DNA from: an uncultured Pelagibacteraceae bacterium
Lineage (GTDB): Bacteria; Pseudomonadota; Alphaproteobacteria; Pelagibacterales; AG-422-B15
Assembly (NCBI GenBank): GCA_902554325.1
Contig: CACDOH010000006.1
Location: forward strand, 150 to 64,149
Direction of reading: 5' to 3'
Length of the DNA stretch: 64,000 nt
Notes under the pieces: generated by a model
Database searches by the model: none
Seen by the model: only the letters and a program-made list of their open reading frames with translations
Told to the model about the DNA's origin: nothing
In this document: positions 39,809 to 52,497 of the stretch, one piece after another
Layout of the letters: every line of letters begins with the position of its first letter
How positions within the stretch are numbered: position 1 is the stretch's first letter
Translations under genes and position numbers: made by a program

Positions 39809-40369
39809 ATGAAAGTAGGAATTTTAGGTAGTTCATTCAATCCTCCACACAAAGGTCATTTAGAAATATCAAATCGAGCATTAAAAACTTTTAGTTTGAA
39901 CGAAGTATGGTGGCTTATAACTAAGGTCAATCCATTAAAAAACTCCTCAGATTATATTTCATTAAATGAGCGCAAAAGTAAAATTGATGAAATCATCAAA
40001 AATGAGAATATTAAGTTTAAATATTATGAAGAAGAGACAAATTCTAACTATCTCATTGATAATCTTAAATATATAAAAGAAAAATTTTCAAAAGATACTT
40101 TCATTTTTCTAATGGGAAGCGACTCACTTAATGAAATGCATGAATGGAAAGAGTACAAGAATATATTTAATCAAATGCCTATTGCTGTATTCAATCGACA
40201 AGATAATGAATATCAATCGCTAAACTCAAAAGCGGCCAAAACATTTGAAAAATATCGAGTAGATGAACTATCCGGTAGCTCAATATTTACCGAAGTACCC
40301 TGCTGGACATTTATCAAAGATTTTGATGAAAATGTTTCGTCGACAGAAATTAGGTCTAAAATTGACTAG
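39809..40369 (+). CDS. nadD: Nicotinate-nucleotide adenylyltransferase
   Basis: 186 aa. Contains G.LGSSFNPPH.GH (HxGH motif) and a C-terminal SST.IR. Confidence 0.88.
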   Translation: MKVGILGSSFNPPHKGHLEISNRALKTFSLNEVWWLITKVNPLKNSSDYISLNERKSKIDEIIKNENIKFKYYEEETNSNYLIDNLKYIKEKFSKDTFIFLMGSDSLNEMHEWKEYKNIFNQMPIAVFNRQDNEYQSLNSKAAKTFEKYRVDELSGSSIFTEVPCWTFIKDFDENVSSTEIRSKID

Positions 40370-40685
40370 TATACTCAAAGATATTCTAAACGAATTAGAA
40401 GAGAGTAAAGCTTCAGATATAGTTTCAATTAATATTTCAAAAAAAACATCACTAGCTGATTACCTGGTATTTGCAACTGGGACCTCCAATCGGCATATTA
40501 ATTCGATTTCACAATCAGTTAATAAAAAATTAAAGAAATTAAATATAAAAAATCCTTCTATTGAGGGAAGCAATGATAGTGGTTGGGTCGTTATTGATAG
40601 TGGAGATGTAATAGTGCATTTATTTAAAGATGAGATAAGGAAGTTTTATAATCTTGAAAATATGTGGTCAACAGAAATAGAATAA
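40326..40685 (+). CDS. rsfS: Ribosome silencing factor RsfS (start uncertain)
   Basis: Contains L...KA.DIV.I......LADYLVFATGTSNRH..S....V, V.H.F....R.FY.LE.MW. Candidate in-frame starts are ATG 40326, ATG 40332 and TTG 40362. All overlap the nadD 3' end. Confidence 0.8.
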   Translation: MKMFRRQKLGLKLTSILKDILNELEESKASDIVSINISKKTSLADYLVFATGTSNRHINSISQSVNKKLKKLNIKNPSIEGSNDSGWVVIDSGDVIVHLFKDEIRKFYNLENMWSTEIE

Positions 40686-40698
40686 TAGATGTAATGTC

Positions 40699-41136
40699 AT
40701 GGACATTGAGATTTTATATCATGATAAATTTAAATTTGAGCAAGAAGAGTATCTATTTAAAATGTATCTAAATCGTATTAGAAAAATATCTAATAATCTT
40801 TTAACTAAAATTAAAACTGAAAAGGTTAATGATAATTCTCTAATAAAGAAAATAAAATTAAAAAAAGGGACTGAAGCAATAATATTACTTGATGAAAAAG
40901 GTGAAGTAGTCACAACTGGCAAATTCAAACATTTATTATTTGAAACCTCCTTGAGTAAAATATTGTTTGTAATTGGAGGGACTGATGGATTTAGTAAGGA
41001 GATAAATAATTTGTGCAATAAGCGGATATCACTCAGTAAAATGACACTTACACACTCTTTTGCTGCTATTATTTTATTAGAACAAATTTATAGATCTGTT
41101 ACTATTAAAATTAATCATCCTTATCACAGAGCATAG
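40699..41136 (+). CDS. rlmH: 23S rRNA (pseudouridine1915-N3)-methyltransferase RlmH (SPOUT)
   Basis: 145 aa. Contains LDE.G, FVIGG.DGF and SLSKMT..H.....ILLEQIYR...I...HPYHR. Confidence 0.88.
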   Translation: MDIEILYHDKFKFEQEEYLFKMYLNRIRKISNNLLTKIKTEKVNDNSLIKKIKLKKGTEAIILLDEKGEVVTTGKFKHLLFETSLSKILFVIGGTDGFSKEINNLCNKRISLSKMTLTHSFAAIILLEQIYRSVTIKINHPYHRA

Positions 41137-41137
41137 A

Positions 41138-42289
41138 ATGAAACTATTTTTTACTTTTATTTTTTTTATATCTTCTTTTTTTAGTTTTAATTATTTATCA
41201 GCAAACAATCAGGATCTTTATAAAAAATTAGAGGTCTTTGGTGATGTATTTGACATTATAAAACAGGATTATGTAGAAGAGATCAATGATGAAGAAGTAA
41301 TTGAATATGCTATTAATGGAATGCTTCAATCGCTTGATCCCTTCTCAAGTTATATGGCCTCAGAAATATATTCTGACATGCAGGAAGAAACCAAAGGTAA
41401 ATTCGGTGGACTTGGTATTGAGGTGACTATGGAAAATGGTTATGTCAAAGTTATTTCACCCATTGATGATACGCCGGCAGCAAAGGCTGGCGTAAGACCT
41501 GGTGATTATATTACGCATATTGATGACGTTGATGTTCTTGGATTAACTCTTGCTGAAGCTGTTGAACTGTTAAGGGGTCCTGTCGGGAAGTCTCTTACTA
41601 TCACCGTTGTTAGAATCGGTGCAGAGGATCCTCTAAATATTGAGTTAAAACGGGCAATAATTACAGTTCAAGCAGTAAAATTTCGGCTGGAAGGAAACAT
41701 AGGCTATATCAGACTGATCTCATTCAGTGAACAGGCAGATAAAGGAATAAAGAACGCTATAAAAGAATTAAACGCTAGTATAGGAAGTGAAAATATTGAG
41801 GGGTTTATTTTAGATTTAAGAAATAATCCTGGAGGTCTATTAGATCAATCTGCAAAGGTCACAAATAATTTTTTAAGATCAGGTGAAATCGTTTCCATAA
41901 AGGGAAGAGATAAAAATGATATCTCAAGGTTTACTGCATCTGGTGGAGATATTGCAAGTGATAAACCTATGATAGTTTTAATTAATCAAGGATCTGCCTC
42001 TGCATCAGAAATTGTTGCTGGAGCTCTGCAAGATCATAAAAGAGCAATTATTATTGGTGAGCAATCTTATGGTAAGGGATCAGTTCAAACAATTTTTCCT
42101 CTAAAGGATTTAAGTGCAATTCGTATGACTACAGCTTTATATTATACACCTTCAGGGGACTCAATTCATAAAGTTGGTATAACGCCGGATATAGAAGTTG
42201 AATTTATTTATAATGAAGATGATAACGAACAAGATAATCAACTTGATTACGCCTTGGATCTCTTAAACAAAGACAGTGTTATAGAGTAA
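41138..42289 (+). CDS. ctpA: Carboxy-terminal processing protease (S41 family, PDZ domain)
   Basis: 383 aa. Signal peptide, PDZ (PA.KAG...GD.I..ID), DLRNNPGG and catalytic SASASEI.AGALQD..RA...G..S.GKGSVQ. Confidence 0.9.
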   Translation: MKLFFTFIFFISSFFSFNYLSANNQDLYKKLEVFGDVFDIIKQDYVEEINDEEVIEYAINGMLQSLDPFSSYMASEIYSDMQEETKGKFGGLGIEVTMENGYVKVISPIDDTPAAKAGVRPGDYITHIDDVDVLGLTLAEAVELLRGPVGKSLTITVVRIGAEDPLNIELKRAIITVQAVKFRLEGNIGYIRLISFSEQADKGIKNAIKELNASIGSENIEGFILDLRNNPGGLLDQSAKVTNNFLRSGEIVSIKGRDKNDISRFTASGGDIASDKPMIVLINQGSASASEIVAGALQDHKRAIIIGEQSYGKGSVQTIFPLKDLSAIRMTTALYYTPSGDSIHKVGITPDIEVEFIYNEDDNEQDNQLDYALDLLNKDSVIE

Positions 42290-42302
42290 AGTCATATATC
42301 GA

Positions 42303-42800
42303 ATGAACAAATACAAACCTGACCTGCTTAAAGAAAAATACCGAAGAGGTGTAGGTATGATGATTATTAATAAAAATAAAGAAATATTTATTGGTCAAAG
42401 ATTTGAAAAAGATAAATCCGCCTGGCAGATGCCTCAAGGAGGTATTGATAAGGGAGAAAAAACTATTGATGCTGTTATACGAGAGATGAACGAGGAAACT
42501 GGTATCAAAAAAAACTTTAAAATACTCTATGAAACTAAAATATGGCATTACTATAAACTGCCTATTTATTTACAGAAAAAATTATGGGGTGGAAAGTTTG
42601 TAGGGCAAAAACAAAAATGGTTTTTGATTGATTTTAAAGGTAAGGACAGTGAAATTAATATACAAACGAAAAAGCCTGAGTTTAAAAAATGGAAATGGAC
42701 TTCTTCGAAGGAAATGATGGAATTGATAGTGCCTTTTAAAAAAAAACTATATGCCAACCTGGTATCTGAAATGGTGGAAGAATTAAATAAGAATAATTAA
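42303..42800 (+). CDS. rppH: RNA pyrophosphohydrolase RppH (Nudix)
   Basis: 165 aa. YRRGVG....N, WQMPQGGID.GE........RE..EETG (Nudix box) and GQ.QKWF. Confidence 0.88.
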   Translation: MNKYKPDLLKEKYRRGVGMMIINKNKEIFIGQRFEKDKSAWQMPQGGIDKGEKTIDAVIREMNEETGIKKNFKILYETKIWHYYKLPIYLQKKLWGGKFVGQKQKWFLIDFKGKDSEINIQTKKPEFKKWKWTSSKEMMELIVPFKKKLYANLVSEMVEELNKNN

Positions 42801-42816
42801 GTTATTATTGACTTTA

Positions 42817-43077
42817 CTACTCGCTCACAATTCCTTCAGCTACTACAAGCAACTTATTTTCTGAGAATTTTACAAACCCTTTTTCTACATTAAAAGAATT
42901 TGTATCTTTATCTGAGGTAACAACGATTGTACCTGGTCTGAGTGAAGTTATTATATTGGCGTGATTAGCTAAAAAGCCAATATCACCCTCTATACCTGGA
43001 ACTACCACCATAGATGCTTCTCCATCTAGGTAGGTCTGCTCAGGCGTAACAACACTAAAATTAAATGAATCAGACAC
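42817..43077 (-). CDS. atpC: F1 ATP synthase epsilon subunit, N-terminal beta-sandwich domain only (86 aa)
   Basis: Last gene of atpHAGDC. F.VVTPE........A..V.VPG.EG..G.L..H...I..L.PG matches the epsilon N-terminal domain. The ORF stops after about 86 residues, and only 16 nt separate it from the convergent rppH. Confidence 0.85.
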   Translation of the reverse strand: MSDSFNFSVVTPEQTYLDGEASMVVVPGIEGDIGFLANHANIITSLRPGTIVVTSDKDTNSFNVEKGFVKFSENKLLVVAEGIVSE

Positions 43078-43081
43078 TTAT

Positions 43082-45405
<2,324 letters not shown>

Positions 45406-45416
45406 TTTTGTTTACT

Positions 45417-46943
45417 CTATCTATTTTTTTTAAATTCTTCGATGATAGTACTTAACTTTGAAGCAATATCATCCTCAAGATTACCTGAACTATTAATTGC
45501 TTCAATTATATCTTTATGTGAAGATTTAATGAGTTCAAATAGATCCTTCTCAAAATCTTTAATTAAATTCAGTTCTAAGTCATCGAGGTAACCATTAACA
45601 CCCGTAAAAATTGAAACAACCTGTTCAGCGATCGTCATAGGCGAATATTGATTTTGTTTTAAGAGCTCAGTTAATTTAGAGCCTCGATTCAATAATTTTT
45701 GAGTTGATGCATCAAGGTCTGATCCAAACTGGGCAAATGCTGCCATTTCGCGATATTGAGCAAGCTCCAATTTAATTGAACCAGCCACCTTTTTCATTGC
45801 TTTTGTTTGAGCAGCAGAACCAACACGAGAAACACTTAGTCCCACATTCACTGCAGGACGTATTCCTTGGTTGAATAGTTCTGTTTCTAAGAAAATTTGT
45901 CCATCAGTTATCGAAATAACATTGGTTGGAATGAAGGCACTCACATCATTGGCCTGTGTCTCAATTACTGGCAATGCAGTTAGAGAACCTCCGCCACTTT
46001 CATCATTTAATTTTGCAGCTCGTTCAAGTAATCTACTGTGAAGATAGAAAACGTCACCAGGAAATGCTTCACGTCCAGGGGGTCTTCTAAGTAAAAGTGA
46101 CATTTGACGGTAAGCAACTGCTTGCTTTGAAAGATCATCATAAATGATAAGAGCATGCATGCCATTGTCCCTAAAATATTCACCCATAGAACAGCCAGTA
46201 TATGGCGCAAGGAATTGAAGTGGAGCTGCATCACTTGCGGTTGCGGCTACAACAGTTGTATACTCCATTGCTCCTGCATCCTCCAAAGTTTTTACAGTCT
46301 GAGCGATTGAGGATCTTTTTTGCCCGATACCTACATATATACAATACAGTTTTTTTGATTCATCATCTGATTCATTTATTGTTTTCTGATTTATTATGGT
46401 ATCAATTGCAATAGCAGTTTTTCCTGTTTGCCTGTCTCCAATAATTAACTCTCTTTGACCTCTTCCAACAGGTATAAGACTATCAATAGCTTTTAAACCT
46501 GTCTGCATTGGTTCTGACACTGATTTTCTTGGAATAATTCCTGGAGCTTTTACTTCAATTCTACTTCTATTTTCTGAATCAATGTTACCTTTTCCATCTA
46601 TCGGATTTCCTAATGCATCAACTACTCTACCTAATAATTCCTTACCTACTGGTACATCAACAATTGCATTAGTTCGCTTAACAGTGTCTCCCTCTTTAAT
46701 ATTTGCATCACTTCCAAATAGAACTACTCCTACATTATCATCTTCAAGATTCAAAGCCATTCCCTTAGTTCCATCATCAAAGAGAACCATTTCACCAGCT
46801 TGAACATTATCTAATCCATATATTCTTGCAATTCCATCTCCGATTGATAATACCTGTCCAACTTCACTGATTTCAGAATCAGAACCAAAGTTTTTAATTT
46901 CTTCTTTTAAGATTTTTGATATTTCTGAAGGTTGTATATCCAT
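45417..46943 (-). CDS. atpA: F1 ATP synthase alpha subunit
   Basis: 508 aa. Walker A GDRQTGKT and canonical alpha sequence throughout. Confidence 0.98.
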   Translation of the reverse strand: MDIQPSEISKILKEEIKNFGSDSEISEVGQVLSIGDGIARIYGLDNVQAGEMVLFDDGTKGMALNLEDDNVGVVLFGSDANIKEGDTVKRTNAIVDVPVGKELLGRVVDALGNPIDGKGNIDSENRSRIEVKAPGIIPRKSVSEPMQTGLKAIDSLIPVGRGQRELIIGDRQTGKTAIAIDTIINQKTINESDDESKKLYCIYVGIGQKRSSIAQTVKTLEDAGAMEYTTVVAATASDAAPLQFLAPYTGCSMGEYFRDNGMHALIIYDDLSKQAVAYRQMSLLLRRPPGREAFPGDVFYLHSRLLERAAKLNDESGGGSLTALPVIETQANDVSAFIPTNVISITDGQIFLETELFNQGIRPAVNVGLSVSRVGSAAQTKAMKKVAGSIKLELAQYREMAAFAQFGSDLDASTQKLLNRGSKLTELLKQNQYSPMTIAEQVVSIFTGVNGYLDDLELNLIKDFEKDLFELIKSSHKDIIEAINSSGNLEDDIASKLSTIIEEFKKNR

Positions 46944-47504
46944 TTAAGCGACCTCTTTCATTTTTTCTTTTAATAGTTGTAATTGGTTTTTAATACTGCT
47001 GTCAATCATTTGACTGCCAACTTGAATTTTTAATCCTCCGATTAGTTCTGGCTCGATATTTAATTGTATATTGAAATCAGCGTTAAATTTATCTTTTAAC
47101 TTTGAACAGATATCAGCTAACTGAGCATCAGTTAGCGCATAAGCAGAAGATACAGTTGCTACTCTTTCACCTTTTAGTGAAGCTAATAAGTTCTCAAATG
47201 TTCCCACAATTTCTAAGAGATAATTGATACGATTTTTTTTAACAATGACACCAATGAAATTTAATACAAGTTTTGATAATTCAATTTTTTCTGCGATAGT
47301 TTCAAAAAGTTTTATTTTATTTGATTTGCTTATTGAAGGGTTTAATATGACAGATAGAACTTCTTGATCTTCTTGTAAAATTTCCTTAATCCTTATTAAT
47401 TCATTAGAAACTGAATCTAATACTTTAGCCTCTTTGGCCAACTGAAATAAGGCATTTGCATACCGGTCAACAGCTGCTATTTGGTAAGTATTAACTTTTG
47501 ACAT
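46944..47504 (-). CDS. atpH: F1 ATP synthase delta (OSCP) subunit
   Basis: 186 aa. Contains YA.ALF.LA.E and a C-terminal GG..I.VG....D.S...QL..L. Abuts the atpA start. Confidence 0.9.
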   Translation of the reverse strand: MSKVNTYQIAAVDRYANALFQLAKEAKVLDSVSNELIRIKEILQEDQEVLSVILNPSISKSNKIKLFETIAEKIELSKLVLNFIGVIVKKNRINYLLEIVGTFENLLASLKGERVATVSSAYALTDAQLADICSKLKDKFNADFNIQLNIEPELIGGLKIQVGSQMIDSSIKNQLQLLKEKMKEVA

Positions 47505-47590
47505 TATCCATTAAATCTTTGAAATTTCAGTCATTGCGTACCATTAACTCTTACTTTTTTCAAGCATTGGAATGTCACATTCACAACTAA

Positions 47591-49585
47591 TTATACAAAG
47601 CTGTAGGGATCGATATCAACTGATATATTTACATTCGGAAGCATCTTAGACCTGGACAGCCAAGTCACAACAATTTTTTGCATATTTCTGGCTTTTTTAT
47701 CATGTATTAAAAACCTTTGTCGATGACGACCTTTTAATTTAGAAAGCGGTGCTGGAGCAGGTCCATAAACTTCTAATTCAGGGATCTTGGGAGTGGAATT
47801 ATATAGTATGCTGCATTGGCTTCTGACTCTCTCAATATTATTGCCACTAACAATAATTGCTGCCATTTTTCCAAGAGGTGGAAGCTTATTATCAACTCGA
47901 TAATTAATTTCATTTTCATAAAATTCATCTCTATTTAATGAGGACAATGCTTGTATAGTTTCATTATTTGGATAATAAGTTTGTATGAATACCGATCCCT
48001 CCAATTCTGCCCTACCTGCTCTACCCGCAACTTGGTAAAGAGCTTGATAAGTTTTTTCCGAAGCTCTTAAGTCACCTCCTCTAAGAGACATATCGGCATC
48101 AATTATGCCAACACATGTCAAACGTGGAAAATGATATCCCTTAGTAATCAATTGTGTTCCGATGATAATGTTATAATTATTTTCTTTGATTTCTCGAACA
48201 CGCTCATCAAGTTCTATTTGAGATTTTATATGATCACTTGAAAACAAACATATTTTAGCAACAGGAAATAATTTTGTAATTTCAGTATAAATTTTCTCTA
48301 TACCGGCACCATAATCAATAAATTGTTGATCGTTGTTATCACATGATGGACAATTGAGTCCGAATGATTTAACACTATGTCCACAATGATGACATAATAA
48401 ATTTTTATTTTTTATATGTTCTACAAGATAACTTGTACAATTCTTACACGTAAATTTATAACCACATGATTTGCATATGACTACAGGCGCATAACCTCTT
48501 TTATTTATGTATAAAAGTGCCTGGCTTTGATTAGATATTGTTTTTTCAATTGCATTCTTGAGTGATTTAGACACCCATTGATCTTTCTTTAATTTTTCTT
48601 TTCGCATGTCGATAATTTTTATTTTATTTTCTACATTGCTAAAAAATTTATTTTTAATAGATACTTTGTGATATTTTTTCTTGAATACATTGAATATTGT
48701 TTCTAATGATGGTGTTGCACTAGTTAAAATTAATGGTATATTTTCGATAGATGCTTTAACTACTGACATATCTCTCGCATGATAAATTCCTTTCTCTTCT
48801 TGCTTGTAGGAAGTATCGTGCTCTTCATCAATAATGATCATGCCTAATTTCTTATAGGGTAAAAAAAGTGCTGATCTTGCCCCAACAATGATCTTTGATG
48901 TTCCATTGATTATATTTTTTAACGTTTTGGTCTTTTTGCTTGCACTAATCTTTGAATGCCAAACATCAGGAGTAAAACCAAACCTTTCTTCAACTCTTTT
49001 AACAAAATCACTTGTTAAAGAAACTTCTGGAAACATAATTAATACTTGTTCTTTTTCAGTTAAATAATTTTTTAATGTACTGAAATAAACTTCAGTTTTT
49101 CCCGATCCTGGGACACCATCTAATAAGATTGTGTTATAATCTCGTCTAGATGATATTTTTAAAATTTTTTCACTTGCCCTTTTCTGCTCAATGTTAAGTT
49201 CAATTATCTTTTCATGGGTAGCTATATTTTCACTTAGTATTTCAATCTTCTTTTCATCAAAGTAAGTTTTTGAATGAGATAATACCATTTTCAAAACAAG
49301 GCCTCTTTGTATTGCATTATAACTACTTACCCATTCCAAAAATTTTAGCATTTTAGAAGTAAGTTGGTGTTTATTAGAAACCTTCTCAATCTCTTTAATT
49401 TTAATTTTACTTTGTACATAATTTTCTAAAACACCTGTAATTACTCCCACTTTAAGACTCGAACGCAAAGAAGCTTGAACAATTGACCCTATTTTAGGCT
49501 TACTCTTGCTTATTAATTTATATGTAAAATCATCATTAATATTGTGTGCAAATAAAACATTTACGTAAAAAAGATCTTTTGACAT
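47591..49585 (-). CDS. priA: Primosomal replication-restart helicase PriA
   Basis: Walker A DGVPGSGKTEVY, DEEHD, a Cys-rich zinc-binding insertion (CKSCGY...C.NC, CHHCG, CPSC) and QV.GRAGR. I prefer the ATG at 49585 (MSKDLFYVNVLF...FTY). The track start at 49630 would leave only 33 nt to the divergent xer gene. Confidence 0.9.
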   Translation of the reverse strand: MSKDLFYVNVLFAHNINDDFTYKLISKSKPKIGSIVQASLRSSLKVGVITGVLENYVQSKIKIKEIEKVSNKHQLTSKMLKFLEWVSSYNAIQRGLVLKMVLSHSKTYFDEKKIEILSENIATHEKIIELNIEQKRASEKILKISSRRDYNTILLDGVPGSGKTEVYFSTLKNYLTEKEQVLIMFPEVSLTSDFVKRVEERFGFTPDVWHSKISASKKTKTLKNIINGTSKIIVGARSALFLPYKKLGMIIIDEEHDTSYKQEEKGIYHARDMSVVKASIENIPLILTSATPSLETIFNVFKKKYHKVSIKNKFFSNVENKIKIIDMRKEKLKKDQWVSKSLKNAIEKTISNQSQALLYINKRGYAPVVICKSCGYKFTCKNCTSYLVEHIKNKNLLCHHCGHSVKSFGLNCPSCDNNDQQFIDYGAGIEKIYTEITKLFPVAKICLFSSDHIKSQIELDERVREIKENNYNIIIGTQLITKGYHFPRLTCVGIIDADMSLRGGDLRASEKTYQALYQVAGRAGRAELEGSVFIQTYYPNNETIQALSSLNRDEFYENEINYRVDNKLPPLGKMAAIIVSGNNIERVRSQCSILYNSTPKIPELEVYGPAPAPLSKLKGRHRQRFLIHDKKARNMQKIVVTWLSRSKMLPNVNISVDIDPYSFV

Positions 49586-49663
49586 ACATTTGGTCTGATT
49601 ATTTATTTGTGCTATAAATATATCAGTCAAAATTATTTAATGTTATGGAATTCTTTTTGAATA

Positions 49664-50581
49664 GTGAATAAGCATATTGAAGATGTATTTGCTAATTGGC
49701 TAGGAAATTTAAAAGAAGTAAGAAATCTTAGTGATAATACACTGATAAGCTACAAACATGACGTCAAAAGCTTTCTAGATTTCATTAATACTCACACGGG
49801 TTCTGAAATTTCAATAAAATACCTCAATGATATGAAAATTTCTGATTTTAGAAGTTTTCTCTCTTACCTTAGGAATAAAGATATAAGTTCCACGTCCATA
49901 GCAAGAATAATATCTTCATTAAAATCTTTCTTTAATTATCTACTGAATATAAATGAAATTGAAAGTACTGTCATTCAATCTTTAAGAACTCCTAAACAAA
50001 AAAAATCTTTACCGAGACCGATTTCATCCGAACTTGCAATTGAAACTATTAAACATGCTCAAGATATGGAGAAAGAAAAATGGATAGGATTGAGAAATAA
50101 ATCAATTTTAATGCTTTTATATGGATGTGGGTTAAGAATTTCTGAAGCACTAAACTTAAATTTTGAAGATATAAATGAAAATGACTACTTAATAATTAAA
50201 GGAAAAGGAAATAAGGAACGCATGGTACCGTTAATGGACTATGTAAAAAATGATATTGAAAATTATATACATGAGTGTCCTAAAAATTTCATTAAAGATG
50301 ATCCTTTGTTTGTTGGCAAAAGATTGGATCGCCTTAGCCCCAGAATAATACAATATGTCTTAGAAAAGATTAGACACAATTTATCTCTTCCTGAGACTGC
50401 AACTCCTCATGCGCTTAGGCATAGCTTTGCGACTCATCTGCTTAATTCAGGTGGCGATTTAAGAACAATACAAGAATTATTGGGGCATAGTAGCTTGTCT
50501 ACTACTCAAAAATATACAAAGGTTGAAACAGAAAAGCTATATGACGCTTACTCAAAGGCTCATCCTCTTGCTAAGAAGTAA
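49664..50581 (+). CDS. Tyrosine site-specific recombinase XerC/XerD family
   Basis: 305 aa with GTG start. N-terminal SAM-like domain (LS.NT..SY..D...F), catalytic R (GLRISE), HALRHSFATHLL and ELLGHSSLSTTQKYT. XerC and XerD cannot be distinguished by eye. Confidence 0.85.
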   Translation: MNKHIEDVFANWLGNLKEVRNLSDNTLISYKHDVKSFLDFINTHTGSEISIKYLNDMKISDFRSFLSYLRNKDISSTSIARIISSLKSFFNYLLNINEIESTVIQSLRTPKQKKSLPRPISSELAIETIKHAQDMEKEKWIGLRNKSILMLLYGCGLRISEALNLNFEDINENDYLIIKGKGNKERMVPLMDYVKNDIENYIHECPKNFIKDDPLFVGKRLDRLSPRIIQYVLEKIRHNLSLPETATPHALRHSFATHLLNSGGDLRTIQELLGHSSLSTTQKYTKVETEKLYDAYSKAHPLAKK

Positions 50582-50604
50582 ATAAATTATATATTAAATA
50601 TTAA

Positions 50605-51000
50605 ATGAATAATCCAATTCAAAAATGGCACGATGTCGTAAAGCTAAGAGATTATAATACTCTTACAGAAATTATACATGACGATGCAATTTTCTATTCA
50701 CCTGTGGTTTATACGCCTCAAAAAGGGAAAGATATAACTTTGAAATATTTGATAGCGGCTTCTGAAGTATTTAATTCTTCGAGCTTTAAGTATGATAAAG
50801 AAATGATTGGTGAAAACTCTGCAAGCTTAGAATTTTCACTAACAATTGATGATACTGATATAAATGGCATTGATCTTATTACTTGGAATAATGATGGATT
50901 AATTACTGAATTTAAGGTATTTATAAGGCCGCTTCAGGGCGTAAATTTAATACATAAAATGATGCAAGGAATGTTAGAAAGTTTTAAAAATGTCAGTTGA
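50605..51000 (+). CDS. NTF2-like / SnoaL-like small protein
   Basis: 131 aa. W........D...L..I.HDDA.FYSP and a beta-rich C-terminus are typical of the SnoaL/NTF2 cone fold. Overlaps the next gene by 11 nt. Confidence 0.5.
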   Translation: MNNPIQKWHDVVKLRDYNTLTEIIHDDAIFYSPVVYTPQKGKDITLKYLIAASEVFNSSSFKYDKEMIGENSASLEFSLTIDDTDINGIDLITWNNDGLITEFKVFIRPLQGVNLIHKMMQGMLESFKNVS

Positions 51001-51910
51001 TTTCCTATTTAAGTACTCTGCTCTAGAACTTTTCTGGCTACTTGTTCCAATACTTATTGGAATAGCAGTTGTTGAAACACTTGCAATTTATTTTTTTAAA
51101 TTAAAAGGAAAAAATGATTTTAAAGAGTGGATATTAAACATCACAATGGGAACTTTGAGTTACCCTATTAATGGAATATTTGCCTTTATTACACTTGGTG
51201 CTTTATTTTGGGCTAAGGAATTTCAAATTTATACATTTCCTTTCACATTAAGTGCTTTAGTACTTTGTTTTATACTTGATGATTTAACTTTTTACTTACA
51301 TCACAGAATTTGTCATAGATGGCGATGGGGATGGGGGTTACATCGAACACACCACTCATCTGAAAGAATGGGAATTGATGTAGGCGCAAGACAACCATTC
51401 ACAAAACACTTCACAGGAACACGTATGCTCAAGTTACCACTAGTAATTATTGGATTTGATCCAGTGATGGTTTTATTTTGTGTTTTTATAAATGGTTATT
51501 ACCAATATTTGTGCCACACTCAAACAATACATAAACTTCCAAGATGGTATGAATATCTATTCAATACTCCGTCACATCACAGAGTTCATCATGCCAGAAA
51601 TCCAAAATATCTAGATTCAAATTATGCTGGAACACTAATGATTTGGGATAGAATGTTTGGCACATTCGTTCCTGAAGATCCAAAAGAACCGTGTGACTAT
51701 GGATTAGTAGTTCCAATGACATCATTAAATCCTTTAAGAATCCTATTTGAAGAATATGCAAATATTTTCAAAGATATAACAATGCGTGGAATAACTTTAA
51801 AAGACAGATTTATGTATCTTTGTGGCCCTCCTGGATGGTCTCATGATGGAACAAGAAAAACATCAACAGAGATTAAAGAAGATTATTACAACGTAATAAA
51901 AAATACTTAA
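50990..51910 (+). CDS. Fatty acid hydroxylase / sterol desaturase superfamily membrane di-iron enzyme
   Basis: 306 aa. Several TM helices and three His boxes: HHRICH, HRTHH and HHRVHH (PF04116-like pattern). Confidence 0.75.
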   Translation: MSVDFLFKYSALELFWLLVPILIGIAVVETLAIYFFKLKGKNDFKEWILNITMGTLSYPINGIFAFITLGALFWAKEFQIYTFPFTLSALVLCFILDDLTFYLHHRICHRWRWGWGLHRTHHSSERMGIDVGARQPFTKHFTGTRMLKLPLVIIGFDPVMVLFCVFINGYYQYLCHTQTIHKLPRWYEYLFNTPSHHRVHHARNPKYLDSNYAGTLMIWDRMFGTFVPEDPKEPCDYGLVVPMTSLNPLRILFEEYANIFKDITMRGITLKDRFMYLCGPPGWSHDGTRKTSTEIKEDYYNVIKNT

Positions 51911-52497
51911 TGCCGCCAGCGCATTATGCTTTATCTGAAATATTAATTGTTCTCATTAGTATTTATACTCTAACTATATTCTTTAAAGAAAGACGATTTT
52001 ATAGTTTTGTCGGCGTATTTTTGATTAGCTGTGCCGCAGTAATAGCGTCTATAAGATTTGGAATAAATTATCAAAGTGAATTAAAATCTTTTCATCAACT
52101 TTTGTCCGCAATATCTCTATTATTCGGCATACCTCTAATTGTTATTGAAATAATGAAAAGAAGTAATCTTCTTAATAACAAAATCATATATCTAGTTCTT
52201 CTAATCGCAATTATCATTGGTCTATATATATTTCTTCAAGCAAAACATTTAACAATTACGATAGTTGCATCTTGGTTAATAGTAGGTGCTTTTTTTTCAG
52301 TACTTATTTCGAGAGAGCATGCTTTAATGAAAATTGTTTCTGGTATTTTCTTTTCACTCATCATTATAAACTTAATAGTAAGAAGAATGGAGCTATTTGA
52401 CCCTTCTACTAGCTGGCACTTGTATCACATTGGAATTGCTGTTTGGTTGTATCTGATTACAAGAATCTTAAAGCAGAATGAGACTAAATATGTATAG
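51910..52497 (+). CDS. Hypothetical integral membrane protein (about 6 TM)
   Basis: 195 aa and highly hydrophobic, with no motif I recognise. Its ATG overlaps the stop of the hydroxylase gene (TAATG). Its 3' end overlaps convergent lpdA by 14 nt. Confidence 0.5.
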   Translation: MPPAHYALSEILIVLISIYTLTIFFKERRFYSFVGVFLISCAAVIASIRFGINYQSELKSFHQLLSAISLLFGIPLIVIEIMKRSNLLNNKIIYLVLLIAIIIGLYIFLQAKHLTITIVASWLIVGAFFSVLISREHALMKIVSGIFFSLIIINLIVRRMELFDPSTSWHLYHIGIAVWLYLITRILKQNETKYV

